DNA of 64,000 nt from the human T2T-CHM13v2.0 reference genome, Homo sapiens. Made by a program: the position numbers and the translations under genes. Positions 35,201 through 51,570 of the stretch are shown one piece after another (position 1 is the stretch's first letter; each line of letters begins with the position of its first letter). The stretch is from the NCBI RefSeq assembly GCF_009914755.1, contig NC_060937.1; one strand, 5' to 3'. The notes under the pieces are model-generated. The model had not been told where the DNA came from. It saw nothing but the letters and a program-made list of their open reading frames with translations, and did not search any database.

Positions 35201-36169
35201 ATATATTTAAAAATAGCAGTAGAGGCTTTCTAAGTATTATATAAAATCTAGTGTTTAAAAAAAGATAGGTTTGACTAAATAATTTTGTTGCAAGAACAAC
35301 ATAAAGTGGAATGAAAACATCAGTCCATCATATGAATCATATGAGTTATAACATTTACAGAATAGTTAAATGACAAATTATGGAAACAAGTCTGTTAGAA
35401 CAAACTAACAAAAATAACAACCCATTCAAAAAGGTGGGAGATGCATCTAAACAAGCATATCATTTTGTCCTTAACTTAAAAGTGGTTCTCAGTTTTAGGT
35501 ACCCAAATTTAATATTTGTATTTTTTTTAAGTTTTGGCCTTCAAAATAAAAATGACTATACATTTGATTAGACTTCTTTCTTTTCTTTTTATTATAGATG
35601 ATTGATTTTTAAGGACTAGTGCTATGAACATTAAAGCAAGTATGCTTAAAACCAAAAACATATTTTGACTTTAGGCATTTATGCAGATAAATGTTTCGCT
35701 CTTAACCCACTTGGAATTCAAAGAGACTAGCTCTTTAACAGATACTGATACTCAAAGGTAAGGAAGAATTATTGGTATGATTCTAAGCCACTAGTCATCT
35801 ATTCCCAGAGCAAAATTTCTGTGGTTACTTTTTTTTATTGGTTTTCTAGTGTGCTTGCTTTAATCAACTGTTTTCACATGTTTGGAAAATTTGAGGGTTT
35901 CCTGTCTATACTAGAAGATACGAGCACTACTCCAGAAAGGTTAGAAACAAAAGACCAAAGGACGGCTTCTACAAAAGGCCCCCTGTTAAAGCCCAGCCGT
36001 TTGTTGTTGTTTTAGTTAAACAGAAGTGGACTATTTCAACCTAACCGAAAAAGATTGCTGGATTTTTGCCCTGGCCATATAAATAGGAAATTAAGACAGG
36101 CATATTAAAATTTTTTCCTGCTTATGTTGTCTTCATCTCTGGGTCAACTGATACTTATTTTTTTTTCCA

Positions 36170-36470
36170 GTAGCAAAATATTTATTGAGTGTAACTGTGT
36201 ACCAGGTGCTTTTCTAGGTGCTGGGAATATAGCAGTGAATAAAACAAAATCCCTGAGCTTATATTTTATTTGGAGAAGACAATCAATAAATAAACAATTA
36301 TACAACTGGTCATATGGTGATAAGTTCTCTGAAGAAAAATAATTTAGGAGGAAAAAGGGGGTGGGCTTTTACTGTTCTACATAGGGAGGTCAAATAAGGC
36401 CTTGCTAATAAGGGGACATTTGAACAGAGACTTGAAAGAAGTGAAGGAATGAATCATGTGGTTGTCTCAG
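36170..36470. mobile_element. L2 fragment
   Basis: atatttattgag..tgtgtaccagg..ctaggtgctggg; approximate bounds. Confidence 0.55.
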
Positions 36471-38085
36471 GGAATTAACCTTTAACTGATCAACATCTTT
36501 AAAAGGCCTTCTCCAATCTGTATTTCCAGCTCACCTCCCAGAAATTCACTCACCATGTTCATGTCCCCAAGATCTTTGGGGCAAATAGAAATTTCTAAAC
36601 AGTATTTCAACTTGGTAAGATTCTACATTTCTGCTTCTGATTCTTATTTTTCATGGCACCTCATAAAATAGGAATGCATGTTTTGTTTTTTTGTTTTTTT
36701 TTTTGGGCTACTTGCCAGTGTTCTGAAACTAAATACTTCTCGGAGAGTAGCTGTCTCTCATTAAAGAGCCCCAGATCAACAGTTCCATTTCAGTCACATT
36801 CCACCCTGACTTGTCTCTTCTCACCATTCGGTGATTAGGTTCATGTCTTTTACTCTTTAATGCTTTGGTTAGCATCCTGTTTACCTCAAGAGACTGAACT
36901 TTCTTCTCCTGAATTTAATTTCCCTGATAGCAGGGACATCTGACAGCCTATGTCAACTGTCTTCCTTGACTTCTGTCAATTATTTGTCCTAACTATGCTT
37001 GAGTAAGCGTACAGGAATATAAAATTTTATTTCCTTGGAATAAAATTTTAATTTATAATATAGGAGAGATATTACTATTAAGGCTCTTAAAAAGCAATTA
37101 TAAGAGACAGAATAAAATTAAAAGGAAAAAAGATAGCATAACCCTACAACTCTAATAAATCTGCTGTTTATGATTTTCCAGATTTAATTTCAGTCTTTGC
37201 TATTATGCTTATATAGTTGAAATCAGAGAATAATATCTTTAAGATTTGGAATGGGATACTGCTCTTTCTTTTTATGTGCTCTTAGATAAGAACTCTTTCT
37301 ACTGTGTCTTATAAACTCTGTCATACCATAAGTTTCTCAAAGTGATTTTAACCACTGTACATTTTAAACAATATGAGAAATAAATTAATTTCTGATATGA
37401 ACATACATGTAAGCTACTAAACCTCAGTATTATGAAATATCTAAAACGTGACTTATTAGAAATAGATTCTTTTAGACGTTAATTTTTTTTTCAAAAAGAT
37501 ACATATGTACTTTTCTATTTATGAGTATACCTGGGTAAATATAGAACATAGGAAAATGTACTTTGATGTTTTAAAACATTTAAAATTATTTAAATATACC
37601 ACTAACTCTAAATTTTAAAATTATCTTTGATTAGAAGCATTAAAATTCTTATTTAAGATGTATACTATTTGAAGAAGAGAATTGGGATTCTGTTGCCTTG
37701 CTTTGTAACTTAAAAGAGCTTTTTCAGGGACTCCCTCAGAGTACCTGCTGGAGATGAATCTGTAAAAAATTTTTGTTCAGAGAATTTCTGCCACTAAATA
37801 AGTCTTAAATAAGTATGCCACATAGGATAGACTGTATTTAAATGAAACCATTTTTTATAACTTACACCAAATATTATGACAAAAGCATAATTGTTTCTTG
37901 ATAAAACTGTTCCACTGTTTTATTTGTTTTACTGTTAACAAAAATGCATTTTTTTTTTTTTTTACCTTTAGTAGGTATGCATTGTATTACAAAACAATGA
38001 TATCTTTTGGAAAACTTTCAGTTAAACTAGACAAATAAGGACTTTGGCTTATTCAGATTTATTCCATTCATCATCTTTGAATTAG

Positions 38086-38328
<243 letters not shown>

Positions 38329-38433
38329 TAAAATGTTGAGAATTAAAATAAATAATTTCTCCAATCATAATAGCTTTGTATTTTATTATATTATAAATTG
38401 AAACATTGAAGTTTTAAAATTCTTCTTCAATGA

Positions 38434-38570
38434 GCCAGGCCTGGTGGCTCATGCCTGTAATCCTTACACTTTGGGAGGCTGAGGCAGGAGGATCAGTTGA
38501 GGCCAGTAGTTTGAGAACGGCCTGGACAACATAGTGAGAATCTCTCTCCATTTAATAAATAAATAAATAA
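38434..38570 (+). mobile_element. FLAM
   Basis: left monomer with (AAAT)n tail. Confidence 0.85.
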
Positions 38571-38959
38571 AATTATTCTTCAGTGAATCTGTTTTTGGAT
38601 TCAGTCTTGATAATAAAAACGGAGAAAAAAAATTTTAACAGATAGATTATTTCAATATTGCTCTGTCAGCAATATCTGGAAATAGCATTAGTCATTTTTC
38701 TTCAGGTGCTTTTATCCAACAAGCCTAAGACTCCTAAGATTCCCTTCCCCATTAGGAAGCTCCAGGCAAGCAAGTGAAACCAGCAGAAGGCACCCAGCCA
38801 CAAAAAACACCCTGGCCCAGGAAGTCTCTTTAACCCTACAGCCGAGACTCTTTCTCAGCCCAGGAACACCAGGCCTGTAGAGAGACACTATTCAGGGGTT
38901 TCCACTATACACCATTCCACCAGGCAGCTTGACCTGGTGAAAATGTGTAGGTCCATGTA

Positions 38960-40120
38960 TCCACCACCACAAGCAATTGCACCCATATCCCTCCAGCCTC
39001 TCTACCCCTGTCCCTAACACCTGGCCACTGCTAATCTGCCCTTCAATTCTCAAATTTTGTCATTTCAAAAATGTTATGTAAGTGGAATCAAACAGGATTA
39101 GTTTTTTTTCTCATTCAGTATAATTTTCTGGAGATCCATTCACGATATTGCATGTATCAATAGTTCATACCTTTTTATTGCTGACTAGTATTTTGTAGCA
39201 TGAATGTACTACAGTTTCTTTGGCCAGACACATGTTGAAGAATATCAGGACAGGTTCTAGTTTTTGGCTATCACAAATAAAGCTGCTATGAACATTTATG
39301 TTTAGTATCAGTATGGGTTTTCTTTTCTCTGGGATAAATGCCTAATGAGTAAAATTGAAGAGTTGTATGGTTATTTTGCATTTTCTTTGATAAAAGACTG
39401 CAAAAGTATTTTCCAGAGTGGTTGAATCATTTTAAATTTCCGCCAGCAATATACGAGTGAGTGATCCAGTTTCTCTGCATTCTTTCCATCATTTGGTGAT
39501 GTCTTTATTTTTTATTTTAGTCATTCTGATAGTGTAAGGATATCTCAGTGAGGTTATAATTTGCATTTCCCATCAGGATGATAGCTAATGATATTGATTA
39601 ACCTTTCCCTGTTTATTTGTGACCTGTATTTCCTCTCTGGTGAAATTTCTCTTCATGTCTTTGCTCATTTTCTGATTGGATTGTTTGTTTTTTACCATTG
39701 AGTTTTGAGGGTTCTTTATATGTTCTCAATACTAGTCTTTTTTGTTAGATATGTGGTTAGCAAATATTTTCTCTTGGCCTGTAGCTTCTTTCTTCATCTT
39801 CTTCACATCATGTTTCTCATCCAAAAGTTTTTAATTTTCATAAAGTCCAGTTTATCACTTTTTCCTTTTATGGATTATGCTTTTGGTGTCAAATCTAAGA
39901 ACTCCAGATCCTGAAGATTTTCCCTTATACTTAAAAAATTATAGTTTCACATTTTAAGTCCATGATCCATTTTAAGTTTATTTTTGTACAAAGTTTGAGA
40001 TTTGGGTTGAGGTTTTTTTAGGGGGTGCTGAGTTGGGCACCATGGATGTTCAGTTGTTTCAGCACCATTTATTTTAAAGGCTATCCTTTTTCTATTGATT
40101 TGCTTTTGTATCTTTGTCAA
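38960..40120 (-). mobile_element. old L1M (L1MB/MC-like) 3' region
   Basis: aataaagctgctatgaacatt; gcttttggtgtcaaatctaagaac; approximate bounds. Confidence 0.7.
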
Positions 40121-40393
40121 AAAGGGAACAAAGAAAAGATGAGACAAATAGATGTAGAATTTAAACTAATTATATTAATAATTGCATTAAATGTCAGTGC
40201 TCTAAGCAGCCCAATTAAAAGGCAGAGATTATCAGAGTGGATGAAAAACAAAACCCAACTCTATGCTATCTAAAAGAAATCTATTGTAAATATAAAGACA
40301 CGAATATGTTAAAAGGATGAATGAAAAGATTAGGTCCTGGATGGAACTGAGGTTAACTGAGGATAATTTTAAGATTTGTACTATGGGTGATTA

Positions 40394-40922
<529 letters not shown>

Positions 40923-41684
40923 TCATGATAGTGGCTCAGCCAGCATATGTATTGGCAAGCAGATCTGCAGAAATATTAGTATTAAAGGACCAGCAAGGTA
41001 AAATGGAAAAGATCTTCAGAAAGGCCAAGGTCTGCCAAAATTCTTCTATTTTCTATTCTAGTTTCCTCTTGCGAGGCAAAACAGTCTTAGAATTTAGCTT
41101 AGGGTGGCACAAAAACATTTCCTGTAATGTAGTTCTAATAATATTCCTTAAAATACCCAGAAAACAATAGCAATTTCTGCCTTCCACTTCCTCTATTGTT
41201 AATTTTTCTACTAGCACTACTGACTTGTACTTACTTTGATAATCAGAATCTCTTTTAGGAGCACCTTGACTTAATAGCCTTGGAGTCCTTTACTTTCTAG
41301 ACAAGTTCATGCTTGCCTTAGAAATGTATGTTAGTTATGAAAAGTCATGTAGAACAGACTTATAGCTTCTACTTTTTCTATCAATATTATTTACCCAGTG
41401 AAATTTATACTAATCTTGCTGACAGTGAGAGCCTGGTTTCCTTCACAAGACTAAGTAGCAAAACAGAGTGAAGCGTTGTTCAGAGAGCAATTAGGCTGAC
41501 AGTTAATTTGAGTAGATAAGTAATAACATGAGTTGAGTACAAGAGAAAACTACTGCCCAAGTCCTGGATAGAAACAATGCTTTAGAAAGAAATATACATA
41601 TTTTACTTTCAAAAGTTAAGTATTCCATGAAATATTTTCTTTATAGTTAAAAAAGATCAATTGCTATATTAATTATCTGTTAGA

Positions 41685-42176
41685 ACAACTAACATTTATT
41701 ATCTCACACAATTTCTGAAAGTCGGGAAACTGGGAGTGGCTTTACTGTGTGATTTTGACTCATGTTTCCTCATGAGAGATTCTTAAATTGTCAACCAAGG
41801 CTGCAGCTAGTTTAAGGCTTCACTGGGATTGGAGAGTCTACTTCCAAGTTCACTCGTGTGGTTGTTGGCAGGCCTCAGTTCTTTGCTGGCTGATGGCCAG
41901 GGGCTTCATTTTTTTTGCCATGTGAGCCTCTCCGTAGGGCTACTCCATAGCAGCTCCCTGCCTCAACCCCAGTGGAAGAGATCCTAGAGAGGGAGAGAAC
42001 CTAAGATGGAAACTGCAGATTTTTATAAATTCATCTCAGAAGTGACATGCCATCACTTCTGCCCTATGTCATTGGCCCACAGACTAACCCTGGTACAGTT
42101 TAGGAACTGTCTGCACAAGGATATAAATACCCAGTGTCAGAGATTATTGGGGTGATCTTGGAGGCTGGCTGCCATA
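41685..42176 (-). mobile_element. MLT1-type MaLR LTR
   Basis: catttattatctcaca..tttctg; ggttgttggcaggcctcagttc; tcttggaggctggctgcca. Confidence 0.65.
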
Positions 42177-42849
42177 GTTATGACTTAGTGTCAATTAGAA
42201 AACAAATCCTATTATCAGTTTTCTTGTTTGTGCTTTGCTGTAGTTAATTTGACTCATGATATGGCTGCATCATATGTCAATATTCTAGAAATATTTACCA
42301 AGTGTCCATTATATGCTTGGCACTGGAATTTTATTTTAAGAACTCCCTGAAAGTCCCATCTGAACCCTGGTAGTCACCTGTCTAAAATCCTTCAGCAAGT
42401 TTATATTTTGCTATTTCCTTGCTATGAAATCTGTATTTTAGCATTATGGAAAGAAAAATTTCTGTCTCAAAGGCTTGTGTGCCAGGTGCCCTTCTAAGCA
42501 CTTTACATTTATTATCTAACTTAGTTGTCAAAACAGCCCTATAGTAAGCATTATTTTTCTTATCTTATAGATTAGCTGCATGAAGTTTCCCCAGGGCCAT
42601 ATTATTTTTTCTTCTCTTGCTTCTAAGCACACTATTCTTCTGCTTTTTACTTAAAATAATTTGTTCTTTCTTTAGGATTCAACTCAAGCATAATCTCTTC
42701 CAAGAAGTTTTCTCTAATGCTCCTAATCTGAGTTAGTTGTCTCTTCTGATTTTCATGGCACCCTGTGTATTCTTTTATTCTGGTACTTAGCACTTTGTAT
42801 TGCTATTTTTTATTTACTTATCTGTTTTTTTTTTCATTAGACTGTAAAC

Positions 42850-43080
42850 TATAGCATAAAAGTTCAAAACAAAGGCTCTGAAATCAAACAGTTTGGAACT
42901 GTGTCCTGGATCCACCACTTATTCATGTGACTGGACAATTTACTCCTTGTCTACCTTTCTTCACTTATAAAATGGCATTTAAAAAATAATTACCTTCTTT
43001 CTAGAGTTTGTTGTGAGAATTAAATAATATAAGTAATGTGGTTGGTGCTATGTCTGGCATTCAATAAATGTTATCTGTTA
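42850..43080. mobile_element. MIR
   Basis: ggctctgaaatcaaac...gttgtgagaattaaat...tcaataaatgtt. Confidence 0.6.
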
Positions 43081-45317
43081 AGCTCTTTGAGGGTAGAATT
43101 ATTGATTGCTTATCATGTGCCATGTATCATACCAAACTTTTTATATAGGTTATTTTATTTTCACAACAACTCTATGTAGTGGGTACTACTATGAATGTGC
43201 TATTTCTCTTAGCATCTCTAGATGAATGGATCAGTGAATGAATGATAGATGGAATTGTGGCCAGTGGAACTAATTGTAGGGGTAAACAGCAACCTAGAAA
43301 CATGGTTAAAAGCATGACAATGGGCAAAGAAAGAGTGAAAGAGGCAGTAAGCAAAGGAACGTGACTCCCATACTAGTATAGCAGCTAACGGCACAAGTTT
43401 TAGAAACAGGTAGACTTGGGTTTGAATCACTGCTCCATCACTTATCAGCCATATAATATGGGGCAAAATTTATAATTTCTATAAAATACACATATCTACT
43501 TTATGGACGTATTTTGAAGATTAAATGAGATAATATATGTAAAATATTTAGCATAGAACCTAGCATATAGTAGATATTCAATAAATATTAACTAGTACTA
43601 TTATTAAATTAAGATAATCATGAAGACAGAATTTTGGTAGTGAGGTAGTGAGAGAAATAAAATAGAATCATGAAGTATAAGGTAATGACTTTGAATCATT
43701 AATCATAGTTATCGAAATCAGGCATGATAGAAAGATTACGGTTGTTAATCTTCCTTATAGTGCAATATCCTCACCAGTCCACACAACATTTTTGCCCACT
43801 GAGTCTGGGATAAAGTTAAAAATTAATCCTCATAAACTAAAGTTAATGAAATGTTTAGAATATTCTGCCTTCTTACCGTATCATCACTTTAGCCCAAATG
43901 CTGGGAAAAAGAGAAACAAAAGTCTTCTGTCAGCTATTGAATGTGTTATGATTTAGAGAATTTCTGAGATTCACAGTAGAGTCTGTACTTTTTACATTTG
44001 ATAGACCTCAAATTTGCCTGAGTTTTTAGTGTTCCAGAAAATAGGCTTTGGGGAAGGTTTGAAAGAAGGCCTTTTTGAACCTAAGAAGACAAGAAATTGA
44101 ACTGTTATCACAATATTGCTATTTAAGAAAGAATATTAAGTCACTTTTCAGAAATTTATATCAGAATTAGAAAAATGCAGAAATATAGTTTATACTTCTT
44201 AAGGAGGTGGTGGAGGAGATTAGATAGATACATGCATACATATATACATAAGTCTAAATATTTTTATATGTATATGAGAGAAGTATCAGGAATAGGGTAG
44301 GAAGGAGATAGAATAGTAGGATTACATTAGAATCTGCTTAGGAGCTTTTCTTACATGTAGATATTCTCTCTTTTTGGGTATATCAAAATCTTGGGAGTAA
44401 AAGGGAAACCTGGCATGCATGTTTAATAAAGCTTCCTTGGGGACTCTGATATATGCTGCCTCCCAAATAAATTACAAGCCATATCAGGAAATAGGAGTTT
44501 ACAGTATAAAATATAACCGAAAACTAAAGTCAGATGTTCTACAAAATATTAACTATTTTTCCTGAGATAGAAGTGGTTGAAATTTGGGAGATAACTTTTG
44601 CTATGTTCTGTGAGGCAAAGAGGAGGGAGGCTAGAGTTGATGAAGACATCTTTCTTTTATGTATGATATTGTCTATGTTGGGCCCTGTTAATTTTCATTT
44701 ACTTATGTACAAATAGCTAATGCATATTTTTTAACTTTAATGTTTGTTATTTACATGCATAGCCTGATGGGCACATGATCCAAAGTTTAATTTTTTGGTT
44801 GAAATTTAGTATTTGGCTTCATATATATAAAGATTGGGGTAAGGCGATCTGCCTTGCCTTTCTTCTACTGTGTCAAAGAATTTATGATCAAGGGCTAGAG
44901 TCAGTATTAATTATATGATTTTGTTTTAACCAAGAAGAACTTAGTTAAATTTAAAATTGTAGTTGCACTCATAGATAAAGGGTTTTCTTTGTTAAAAGGT
45001 AAAAAAGAGACATCTCTTATACTTGCTTAACTTTTCATTTAAAAAATTAATGTATTCATAATAAATAGAAAATGAAAGGAGCTTAAAAAGCAAATTGAAC
45101 ACATAGTTATCAGAGAAAACAATTTTAAAATTATGATTTTAAACTCTCATCTGTATTGCTAAGAATGCCCTATATTGTAATATTCAAGGTTTGCTTATAA
45201 TTAAAATGTAGGGAAGAAAAAAAGAATCCTGCAGACATTCTAAGGATGACCTAGGCCATTGATAGTCTAAGCTTGAAATTAATCATTAGATTTTCTGAAC
45301 TCTTATTACACTGGATC

Positions 45318-45560
45318 TGTTCAGTCTGCTTTAACAAAATACCATAGATTTGGTGGCTTATAAACAACAGAAATGTATTTCTCACAGTTCTGAAAGCTGG
45401 GAAGTCCAAGATCAAGTTTCCAGCAGATCTGATATCTGGCGGAGGCCTGTTTCCTGGTTCATAGATGGCACCTTCTTACCATGTCCTCAGATGGTGGAAG
45501 GGACAAGGCAGCTCTCTGGGGTCCCTTTTATAAGGGTACTAATCATCCTTTTCATGAGGG
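45318..45560 (-). mobile_element. MLT1/MST-type LTR fragment
   Basis: aaaataccataga.t.ggtggctta.aaacaacagaaat.tatttctcacagttctg. Confidence 0.7.
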
Positions 45561-46451
45561 ATGTGTTGAAACTAAATTGTGCCTGAAGACCCTTATGTTA
45601 CCTTTACATATCAAATTTCTATTGTATCTGGCCAACCTTTGATTTTAAGGCACTAGGGCAAGAATGACCAACGGGTTTCCAAACATATAGAAGTAGTAAC
45701 ATGTGCATATCAACAAAAATCACTTGGTAGGAACCCAATACTAGCTAATAAGCCTACTCCTACTGTCTTAGATCTAGTTCTGTTTCAGAATTGGAAGCTT
45801 TAAGGATTATGAAATTCTGGGAACTTGGAGTAGGTCCACCTAGAAGTAGAAGCAGCAAAACCCAAAAAACCAATACAATTTTTAATAGTGTTGTTTAATT
45901 TTTAAGTGTTATTTACTAGAAAATAAAACTATACTGTGTTTAATCATCAAGCAATTTTTAACAAAAAACTTTAGCACTAGGAATAGGTTAAACTTGACAC
46001 AATTTGCTATCATAGAATTATATATATGGGTAAAGGGTACCAGTTAGATTCCCATTGGCAAAAACCTGGTGATTTTCATTCTGTGGTGTAGAGATCCTAG
46101 TTAAGAGGCAGGAATTATTTAAAAATGACTTTAATTTTGATCATTTAATTATAGGACCTATTTATTCACTTGTTTTTAACTTATTCACAAATCTGAGTCA
46201 TGAGCATTATTAATAGATAATTTGATGCCTTGTCACTTAGCAGTACAAGCATGTTTATTTCTGACTTTTAAACTCGAATTCACCCTTCTTGTGTTTTTCT
46301 ATTCAGTCGTAACCCACTCCTTCTACATCTACAAAATTTGGTGAGGCATCTTTGACTTTCATCATATTCAGACATGCTAGCTTCAAGAACTTTCCTATTC
46401 CTCTTTTAATGTCTGTTTCTCACATTGTATTAGTTCCTTTTATAGTATTAA

Positions 46452-46684
<233 letters not shown>

Positions 46685-48165
46685 GATATAGTATGAGTTT
46701 TTATTCATTTTGCAAATATTCATCATAGATATTTTTGTCTTATTTCAGTTAGAACAGGATTTTTTTCTTTGGATTGAGAAGGTAACTTTCCTACTGTACT
46801 TAGGATAAATTCCACAAAAACTCTTTAACAAGGTTTTTTTCCTGGCTATTAGAAAGGAGGAAGACCCTCACTGAATTGAAGATAGTAATGATGGGTGAGG
46901 ACTTTGACTTCTGTTAACACCTCATTCAGATAAGTGACTATTTTAGTTTAATTACATGAATTTTGTCATCTCCCTTGGAGCTGCCTCCCAGAGCTGGTAT
47001 ATCAGACATCCTCAAGTAAACCTGGACCCAATTTTAGAAATCTTGGCTAATTTTGAGTTAGGAAGTCCTTTCTTTAAACAATATTTTAAAATTAACAGAA
47101 CAATCACAAAATATATTTTACATATTGCACTTTTCAAAATACTTTAAATATTTAAAAAAATACCCAACACCACAAAGTAACTTAGTTTAAAATAAAATAA
47201 AAATTTTTGAAATCAGACCTAATCAAATTGATATATCTCTCATTTTCTTTGAAAATTTTGACCAAGATATCAATTAATAAATCCACTTTGAAAGACATTT
47301 TAAGACATTTAATTAATAAATCCATTTGAAACACATTTTAAAATGTGTTTGTTCATGTGTATAAAATTATGTCATTGATATAACATTACTATTCCTTTAA
47401 ACATTGTTATGTTCTTAAAAATATCTCCTCTTAGTCTATAATTTAGCGAAAGGATTACTGTTTTGAAAGACTTAAAAAAAATGCTTAGCTATTTTTTAGC
47501 TAAGAAAAAAGATTCCTTTTTCAGTAAATGGATAAAGCTGAAAAATAAGAAATTAATAAAATGTTTTAAAGAAAGAGTCATAAATATCTTAATATTTAAT
47601 TCTAGGAAGCTTCTCTATTCATTTGCTTTTTTATTTTTAAAAAGAAGTTTAAAAGAGTTTTAGTTTTAATATCTATAAACTTCAAATGTTATTCCACACT
47701 CAAAAAATATTTCTAATGTATTAAGTCACAGTTTACTAAAATAGCTAAGTTTTCTGATTCATAAAATGAATAATAACACTTAATTTTAAGACTTATTTTG
47801 AAGATTAAATGAGGTAATACATTCAAATAAAACCTTTTAAACTGAAAGTACTTTCATTCTTGTGTAAGGAAACCATGAAAGTAAAAGACACATCATTCTA
47901 TTTTGCCAGTGTATCTTAAATTAACTAGCTTTTATTGTCAGTTTAGTGTTCAGGGCACCAAGGGTACATTTCATACTAAGATTGTGCAAGTGAGAGTAAA
48001 TGCCTCCTTAAATTTTCCATCTTAGGCACCTCCGTTGCTTTTAGACCTGGCTATGTTTTATATTGCTTATATACATTTTTTTTTCTTTTGGAAAAAAGAT
48101 AAGCTGAAAAACATTTTTGTTGATGACATGCTATTGCTGAAATAAAAACCCAGAACATAGTGATG

Positions 48166-49190
<1,025 letters not shown>

Positions 49191-50214
49191 TTTTTATATA
49201 TTTTCAGTTTTGCATAATATGAAGTTAAAGACTTAAGTAAATTGAGTAAATAGTAGTTTTTTTTTTTAATTTCACAGATCAATAGAGTTAACTCCTGAGT
49301 TATATGCATACAACCCCAAAGTTGTTTGCTGTCTGGAGCTGTGCCTACACCCGCCTGGCATATTCTTGAGACATTGGAGCTAGGAAGTTGGAAATTGATA
49401 GAAAATTTTGTCACTTGTAACAGAGCTAAAGCAATATGGATTATGGTGGACCCTATCACTTGGAATACTTTCCTGAAAGCAACACAGGTCATCATTGCCA
49501 AATATTTTTAGGACCCCAATTCTGTACTAAGTGCTAGTGATGTGATAGGAAGCCAGACACAATTGAACTAGCTATCTCTATATTAGTGACTTATCCTAAA
49601 ACAGAGTTTCTGTTGTAATTGGTTTACTGTTTCTCTTAGAATATTTAAACGTTTTACCATGGTCTTTCAGATTCTGCGTGATCATACAGCAACCTCTTCT
49701 TTAGCAACCTCTCCACTATCCCACCCGGGTACTTTAGTTCTGGTGGCCTCTTTCATTTTCTGAAAGAACATCAGTTTCTTAGCATATGATCTTTCATCTC
49801 TTGGAAGATCTCTGCCCCTTCTCCTTTCAAAGCACAGCCTCCTTCTCACATTTCAAGACTCAGCATCCATGTTACCTTCCCAGATCAGCCTTCCTTGAAC
49901 CCACCCCATCCACCTGGATCTCCCTGTTTATTCTTCATGAGAGAACCCTGTTCTTTCATAGGATTTTTCTGAATTTGTCATCACATACTTATTTCCTTGT
50001 TTGTGTGCCTCTTCTCACCAGACCCTGAGCACCGTGTAAGTAGGAACAAAGTATTATTTCAAAGACCCAAGTCTGAAACGGTTTATCTGTTTATACTTAA
50101 TGGCTAAGGTATACATGTACACGTATTCTATTTGACTAACATTTGAGGTAAAAAACATGGGGGAAAGGAGCAGATAACACATATTTTTAGAGGATTTAGA
50201 GTATATATAACTAA

Positions 50215-50523
<309 letters not shown>

Positions 50524-50604
50524 CCATTTTAAATCTTATTCTCACTTTGAGGTGGAGTTAATCTCAGAAAACTTTGAGATTAAGTTATCTTAATATCAAC
50601 CTTC

Positions 50605-51570
50605 TCACTTTATTCATTTATTCAACAAATGTTTATTGAGCCCTTACTGTGTGCCAGGTAGTTTTAAACATTGGGGATACTATTGAATAAGATAGACAAA
50701 GCCCAAGCCTTCCTGCATCTTGCTTGCTAGTAGCGAGATAATAAATAAGAAAATAAATGAATTTATAACATAACCTCAAGTGGTGATCAATACTATGAAG
50801 GAAATAGAGCAGAGGTAGGAGTAGCAAATAAATGGGAATTATGGCTGTCTTAGGCAAGATGTTTAGACAAGGCTTTGCTTAGGAGGTGCTATTTGAGGAG
50901 ATATGTGAATAATGGAGTGGGGTGAGTCATAGGAAGCATGGTCAAAGAGTATTTTGGGCAGAGGAAACAGCAAGTACAAAAACCCAGAGAAAGGAAGAAT
51001 TATGCCACAGTCATGGAATAGAAAGATGACCAGGATGGCTGGAGTAAGAAGAGTGTTAGAGCATGAGGTCTGAGAGGTATCAAGGGGCCAGAACTCATGT
51101 AGTGTTTTGTAAACCAAGATAAGGCATTTGAATTTATTCTACGTGTGACAGGAAGCTCTTGCAGGGTTTTGAGTATGGAGGTGGGTTAGGGAGTAACATA
51201 TTAGCTCTATGAGGACATCTAGGAGGCAGCAAGAGTAGAAGTATGGAAACCAGTTTGTAGGATGCTTTTGCAGTGGGACAGAAAAGAGATAAGAATTGCT
51301 TTGACTCTAGCAATGGTACAGGTAATGAAAAGAAGTCAAACTTGGAATATATTTTGAATTTAGAGCCAATATGACTTGCCTGGTGTCTTGGATAAGTATG
51401 AGAGAAAGAATAATAATGATGACTCCTTGTCTTTTTTGCTTTGGGCAACTGGATACAAGGAGTGATTTAATGATATGGTAAAGACTAGGGAGAAGCAGTC
51501 GTTTTTGGGGGGTGGTAGAGGATGATTAAAGTTTATTTTATACATAGACATCAAGTGAAGATGTTGAGTA
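50605..51570. mobile_element. L2 fragment
   Basis: ttcattttattcaacaaatgtttattgag...gggcagaggaaacagcaagtacaaa; approximate bounds. Confidence 0.7.
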
